The notes beneath the pieces were generated by a model. It worked only from the letters and a program-made list of their open reading frames with translations. It made no database searches and was not told the origin of the DNA. DNA of 64,000 bases, taken from NCBI GenBank assembly GCA_030141605.1, contig JAQGDQ010000049.1, positions 1 to 64,000 of the forward strand, in the 5' to 3' direction. This document shows positions 57,979 through 64,000 of the stretch, piece by piece. This DNA comes from Tubiluchus corallicola. Its lineage: Eukaryota; Animalia; Priapulida. Numbering within the stretch: position 1 is the first letter of the stretch; the number at the start of each line of letters is the position of its first letter. The translations under genes and the position numbers were made by a program.

Positions 57979-58722
57979 CCTGACTGCTGTGAAATCAGTT
58001 TCTGCTTACACTTGCAATAGCATATTTAATAATGTCCATGTGTTCAACCCTCACTGCAATAAACAGAAATGCTGTTTCATGAAAGTGTACTCAGAATATT
58101 AGACGTGACAACATATGGACTTTGGACGAGCAAACATAACAAACTAAGGTTTATCAGCATTAAGCAGTCATTTATCAGTCAAATACGGAAACATTTTTGT
58201 CTTAGGCTAAATGCTGGGGCAAAAATGTTTGGCAGAAAGAATTATTGGCTACAATACTTTAGTTTTCTGGACAGATAAGTTAAGCCTAATACTGGGCCTC
58301 TTTAACAAATGAATGTGTCAATAAATCGATATACAAACTGCCTCACTGCTCCAGCTGTTTTCTCTTGGCAAACTTTTATATTTTCAAACGTGGCAGCCAG
58401 CAAAGATAATTTTGCTAGGTCAGGGTCTCATTTCATGGATAATCTTTGAAAATCAGATAGGCTTGTGTCTCTTACAGGCAATAAGGTTATGTAAGTCCAA
58501 CCAATGAGTGAAGGATCTTTTACAATGCATAGGTACCCAAACTGTATAAAAAGAGAAAACAAAACAATTACAGGCCTGTACCTAAGTCTTCTAATACCAA
58601 ATTCTAAATTCTAAGGAGCTTTTGCATATGTCACACACATTTAACATATATTTTGAAGCATACCATTTAACTAATACGTAAGGTAAAGGTAAAGTCTTTA
58701 TCATTATTATTATTATTATTAT

Positions 58723-59103
58723 TGTATGATGTCATAGCTCAACTGGCTTGTCATCACTCGCGAAGGGGAGTTTACTCAAGACTCTAAGCTCCACAGATAT
58801 CATCTCAGGATGTATGCCGAACCCAAAATGGCTTGCTTCTCCCACCATTCACACTCCCATGTAATTGCTAATCTTTCAAGTGCATTTTCTAGAGTTCCCT
58901 CAATATCCTAATCACCTTGCTATTGTTGGTACAACATTAACAGGCTTTTCCTATATTCTTCCTAACTCAATTGTCAGATCTGTATAATTTTCAACCTTCT
59001 CTACATATTTAGCTCTTATGTTTGCTATTCCATTGTACTGTTATGTCAATTAGCAATACCTCTTTCTTGTCTTCTTTCCTGATTACAGTTATGTCAGGAG
59101 GTT
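58723..59103 (-). mobile_element. 5'-truncated R4/Dong-like (restriction-like endonuclease) retrotransposon fragment
   Basis: The minus strand reads PDITVIRKEDKKEVLLIDIT...EKVENYTDL (PD..D type RLE motif); both ends abut (ATT)n tracts. Confidence 0.7.
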
Positions 59104-60127
59104 CATTATTATTATTATTATTACTGTTATGCAAAATCTTTAGATAAGCCTGGCTGAGCACAGTGCTCATCTACAACATTTACAACAGGGTTCTCTTAAA
59201 AGAGGTAATGCACAACAGTAGTTGCACATTAAACGGTTAATGTAGTAATCTGAAAAAAGGTTATAAAACTTCTCCACTTGAACGATATAAATGAATTTAT
59301 AGAATTTCACAGAAAACACATATTTTACATAGTTTGCATCCTTAAACTGAATTGAATTACTTAACATGCTGTTTTCAAAGTGTTTTTAACTTGATTTTTA
59401 AATGTATTGATATTTGCACAATTAAGTTTGTGAACAGATAGTTCAATCCAAATTACTGCCACGTGTATAAACCAGCATGACTAGCTAACACTAGAAGTAA
59501 TATAGTACCCTTTCTGACTTGATCTACTGTTGTAATTACGATCTATTGCCAAACTAGGAAAATGAGTATGAGTTTCACTAAGGACAATTTTACACATCAG
59601 TATAGAAAAGTATATTTTATGGATTTTAGCATGGACTAATAACAACATGCATGTCACGTGTTCTACAGTTAAATACAATACTAGCAGCTTTGTTCTCACA
59701 CACTTGGAACTTTGTCAAATGTGTTCTTCCAACATTATGATAAACATATCAGCATAATCAAAAACCAGGTACAGTGGGATTTTTGTACATTAAAAACACT
59801 GTTTTTTGAGTACACAGTCTAATCCTGTTGTAAAAAGCTTCCATGTAAAATGTTTCCATGTCATTTTTTTACCATGTGTTCAAGATGATCACTGAAATTT
59901 AGTTTGGAATCTAGTTGCATTTCTAGATTGTATTTTTTTACTTGCTCAAGAAGCACATTATTGCAGCTTACAAATAGGTTTCCATCATCTAATGTAGCCA
60001 ATTACTGTCAAGATACAATTAACGTTAACTAATTTTGTTTCACTAGTATTAACAGATGACTGACTGACAGTGAGCCACTGACGGATGGAAGCAAGTTCAC
60101 AATTTAAAACACTACCTACTTTGTGCA

Positions 60128-60243
60128 ATGAATAAATGGTACAAATAGCAATGGGCCTAGAACTGATCCTTGTGGAACTCCATTTTTGACATAAAGTGCA
60201 TCAGAGATGTTGCCATTTATAACACCACACTGTTTTCTATTAA
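60128..60243 (-). mobile_element. Small reverse transcriptase fragment
   Basis: The minus strand reads NRKQCGVINGNISDALYVKNGVPQGSVLGPLLF. Confidence 0.75.
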
Positions 60244-61149
60244 GCATGGCGTTAGAGAACCAAGTTTCCTACCAACATTTCTCAACAAATCAATATACAG
60301 CAGAATATAATATCACTAAATGCAGATGAAGAAACAAGAAGATCAGATTCATTTTCAAAGTGATAAATGACTGGAATTCCCTCACTACATCGATATGGAG
60401 TACAACATGTGATGCAGATTAATTTAAGAAGAAACTGGACAAGACCATCTAGCAAAGTTCCACAATCCGTTCAAGCCGATTGGGCACTAAACTTCTTTTG
60501 ACAAATTCAACCGTTTCTCAACTACTGCACGTATCATCTCAAACCAGACATTTCCACTGTACCATTACGTTCATAACACATCTTCCTCATCTTACCATAA
60601 CAATTGCCGGGCATTGCCTAGGCGGGCATCCTTACCAGAGAGAAAACAACAAGAGAGAAAAATGATAAAAAAGCATAAGCAGAGAGAAAACCATCAGCAA
60701 AATGCCTAGGTTTCGCCTTCCAGTCCATTACAGTCTGCAGAGCCGCCAGATTTAATGTAATAACCCTTTATACCGGGTTTTTGCAGACCTGACGACTCTC
60801 ACGCATTAGGCGTGTGTCATTTTAAGTGTTTCACACGTGCTTATGCATTTTGCAACTTCACACATTTGCAAATCACTTGGCTCCCTTTACCGTCTTAACT
60901 ATTTAAAAAAACAAGTGGTGGTACTAGTCTCAATAATACAGCAGTGTTCATGTGTCCAATGATGTATATTACATTAAAGGGTATTGCAATTATTGAAAAT
61001 TAAGCATTTTTGAATGCTTTTGAGCTTTTTTTCATTTTTACAAAAAACGTAATAATAATAATAAAGCATAGTGAACCGCAATAATGGCACAAGCTCAGTA
61101 GTACCCAAAAAACCTTAAGATTTTCTATTTTTGCTTAAATTATCTGAAA

Positions 61150-64000
61150 GGCGCACCACCTGACGGTGAGGTGTTTAGGCGTGAAACTTCTTTGCTCCCA
61201 GTTAAGTTGATCACATCTGTGGAAATACACTTTGTTGAAGCATGAAATCCTTTCTTCTTGATTGCTGGCATTTCTGCGATAAGTATGTTCTTAAAAATCT
61301 TTGTGCGAACTGTAGAAGGCAGTCTTTCACAGATCGATTATGGGAAATTTTCGTGCTGTAGGTGCACATCACGCCATTTCATAAGTATGGTACGGAAACT
61401 AACGAGCGACCAGGAGAAAATGCCGATCATGATGTAAATGAATATTTCGGTGTTGTAGCAGTCTTGTTCATGATGAGGAAACAGGTTTACAATGTGAATT
61501 GTGTTGTTTTTTGCACCATATAACATGCGAGCGGGTCAGGAAAGAACTATATGATGCATTAATGCTTGCTAATGAACTGGGTGGTGGCCATACCTCGCAT
61601 TGGTATTGTAAAAAATGTGTTTAAAGCAATTACTGATTACAGTCTAAGCATAAGTAGCTTAGTAGACTGTGTAAATAGCAATACCAATGATATTCATTTT
61701 TTGAAGAAACGGGACAGTGAGGGTATTGAGAAAGTTCATAGCAGATTAGATGAGCTGGAAGGTAAAGTGGCAAACATCCAACTGTTAGATATGACTGGAA
61801 TAAACTAGAAATTACTCTAACATGAGAAAGAAATTGACAAGAAAATATCCAGGGAGTTTGCTAATGTGGCTGGTAGCAGTATGAAAGAAATAGCTGACAG
61901 AGATATTAGGAAACTTAATGTAATTATTTATAGTTTAGCGGAATGTGAGAGTGTTGACCAAGAACAGAGGAAAAAATATGACAAGGTGTTTTTCTGTAAA
62001 CTACAAGTTGCTGTTGATGCTAAAGTTAGCTGTACTAGCCTGGTTAGATTGGGCAAACGTGGTAATGGTATCCATCCCCTGAAGGTGACTATGCTTAGCT
62101 CTAGTGATCGGAAACGATTTTTAAAAAACTGCAGCAAATTTGGGGCAACATGAGGAATTGAAAGATGTTTATGTTCACAGGGATATTAGCCCTTTAAAGA
62201 GGGAAGAAGTGAAAGCACTGGTAAAGGGAAAAACAGGCAGTGTCAGATATAATGGGAGAACAAGTAAAATGCACAATAAGAGGCAACAGGGTAGTAAAGG
62301 AAGCTGGAGGGACCTGGCATCAGGGTCCAGATATACAGTAAATGATGTTGTGACACCTACAGTTTTTTATTCAGCACTGGCACAAAAGCCATGTTTTGTA
62401 TACTAATATATACGCGTTGTTGAATAAAAGGCGTCACTTTTGATTGCTAATACTAATAATTCATCCGATATTGTTTGTATTTCAGAATTTGTACCAAAGA
62501 ACTGTGCTTTACCTCGTACAAGAATGTGAGTTACAAATTGATGATTTTGCCCTGTTTTCAACATGAATAGATATAAATGCGGAGTTTTGATTTATACGAG
62601 GAAGCACTTAAAAGCAACTACTAGTGAAGTGAATAACTGGTGTACTTTCGACGAATGCTGTTGGGTTGAGATAAATTTAACCAAGGGCAATGATCGACTC
62701 TTACTGGGCTGTATTTACAGAAGTCCAAATAGAAGGGAATGATGATAACAATGCTAAACTCACCAATGATTTCATGAAGGTTTATGAAAATTCAAAATGT
62801 TCTCATATATTAATATGTGGAGATTTTAATTTTCCGGAAATAAGTTGGATTGATGAAACTATCTCTTGTGATGAAGATCACCCAGCTTGTCAGTTTTTGG
62901 AGTGTCATTGGGACTGCCTCCTCTATCAGCATGTTAAAACACCAACAAGAATTCCCAGTAATCAGACTGCAAATATATTGGATTTTGTTCTGTCTAATGA
63001 GGAGGGAATGGTAAGAAATCTTCAGTTAGATGCACCAATTGCATTTAGTGACCATGACACAATAATTTTTGAGTTTGTTGGACATTCTCAATATGGCAAC
63101 AATCCATTTGTGACTAAACACAGATTTGACAAAGGCAGCTATGAGGGGATGAGACATGATTTAGTTAATATGGACTGGATAGCCAATGCTTCTGGTTTCA
63201 ACGTTGGCAGGTACTGGAGTTTTCTTAAAAACTAACTTAAAGATGAGATGGAGGCACATATACCAAAGCCTGTAACTACACCTAGCAAGAGTAAAAGGCC
63301 GTTATGGATGAACAAATCTGCAGTGGAGAAGGTTAAGTCAAAACATCTGGCTTATAAAAAGTATCTTAGCTCGAGGGATACAGATGACTATAAGGAATAT
63401 GCTAAATGTCAGAACCAATCCAAATGGGCATGTAGATCAGCTATTTATAATTTTGAAAGGAGAATTGCTGCAGAAGCTATTATAAATCCAAAAGCTTTTT
63501 TTTAGCTATGCTAATAAGAATCTGCGTACGAAGACTTCGGTACCCGACCTTCAAAGATCAGATGGCACTAAGGCAAAGACTGATCTAGAGAAGGATGAAG
63601 AACTTAATCTATAATACCTGACTTTCCAGAGACAGTTATGAACAATTTAATCATCTCAGCAGACATAATACAGTCTAAGCTTCAAACATTGAAACCATGC
63701 AAGTCACCAGGAATTAATGGTATCCATCGCAGAGTATTAAATGAAATACAAGAGCACATCACTGAACCGTTGGTTAAGCTTATGAACAGATCTCTCCAAG
63801 AGGGGAATGTCCTGCACGAATGGAAAAATGTCAGAGTTAGTCCCATCTTTAAAAGTGGTAACAAATCTAACCCCAGCAATTAGACCAGTTAGCTGACGAG
63901 TGTTGTCTGCAAGCTTTTAGAAAGTATTATAAGGAATCATATGATGACTCATTTGGTGAACAATAATTTACTTAGTACATGCCAGTGCGGTTTTGTAGGG
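61150..64000 (+). mobile_element. Degenerate CR1-clade LINE (PHD-containing ORF1, APE, start of RT); runs off the window
   Basis: A broken PHD (GLQCELC...HITC...WYCKKC) lies near 61450-61620, with ORF1 motif DRDIRKLNVIIY. APE motifs ICGDFNFPEISW, ILDFVL and SDH are followed by KSPGINGIH and PIFKSG. There are many stops and frameshifts, and the 5' boundary is approximate. Confidence 0.9.

Noticed and set aside
61148-61225. Hammerhead-like motif (CTGACGG...GAAAC) at the 5' end of the CR1 element
   Set aside because: The core deviates from CUGANGA, and stems I and II cannot be formed convincingly.

Overview
This is AT-rich, intron-containing animal (invertebrate-like) genomic DNA, not prokaryotic. 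Five spliced host genes lie on the minus strand: a BRD7/BRD9 bromodomain gene (16 coding exons), NEURL2 (NHR plus SOCS box), a CIB EF-hand gene (7 exons), OSER1, and a CD36/SCARB2 (LIMP-2-like) receptor with one very large exon. One plus-strand gene stands out: an uninterrupted 366-aa secreted-type agmatine deiminase / Porphyromonas-type peptidylarginine deiminase (50199-51299). It has intact catalytic motifs, a probable spliceosomal 5'UTR intron and a polyA signal, which makes it a candidate domesticated horizontal transfer from bacteria. The rest consists of CR1/L2-group LINEs (one near-intact, two degenerate, several fragments), an R4/Dong-like fragment inside an (ATT)n tract, several 8-bp-TSD MITE families (one split by a LINE, one carrying telomere-like hexamers), a 60-bp minisatellite with higher-order structure and long trinucleotide microsatellites. 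All exon boundaries were read by eye from GT/AG sites and frame continuity; no database searches were run.
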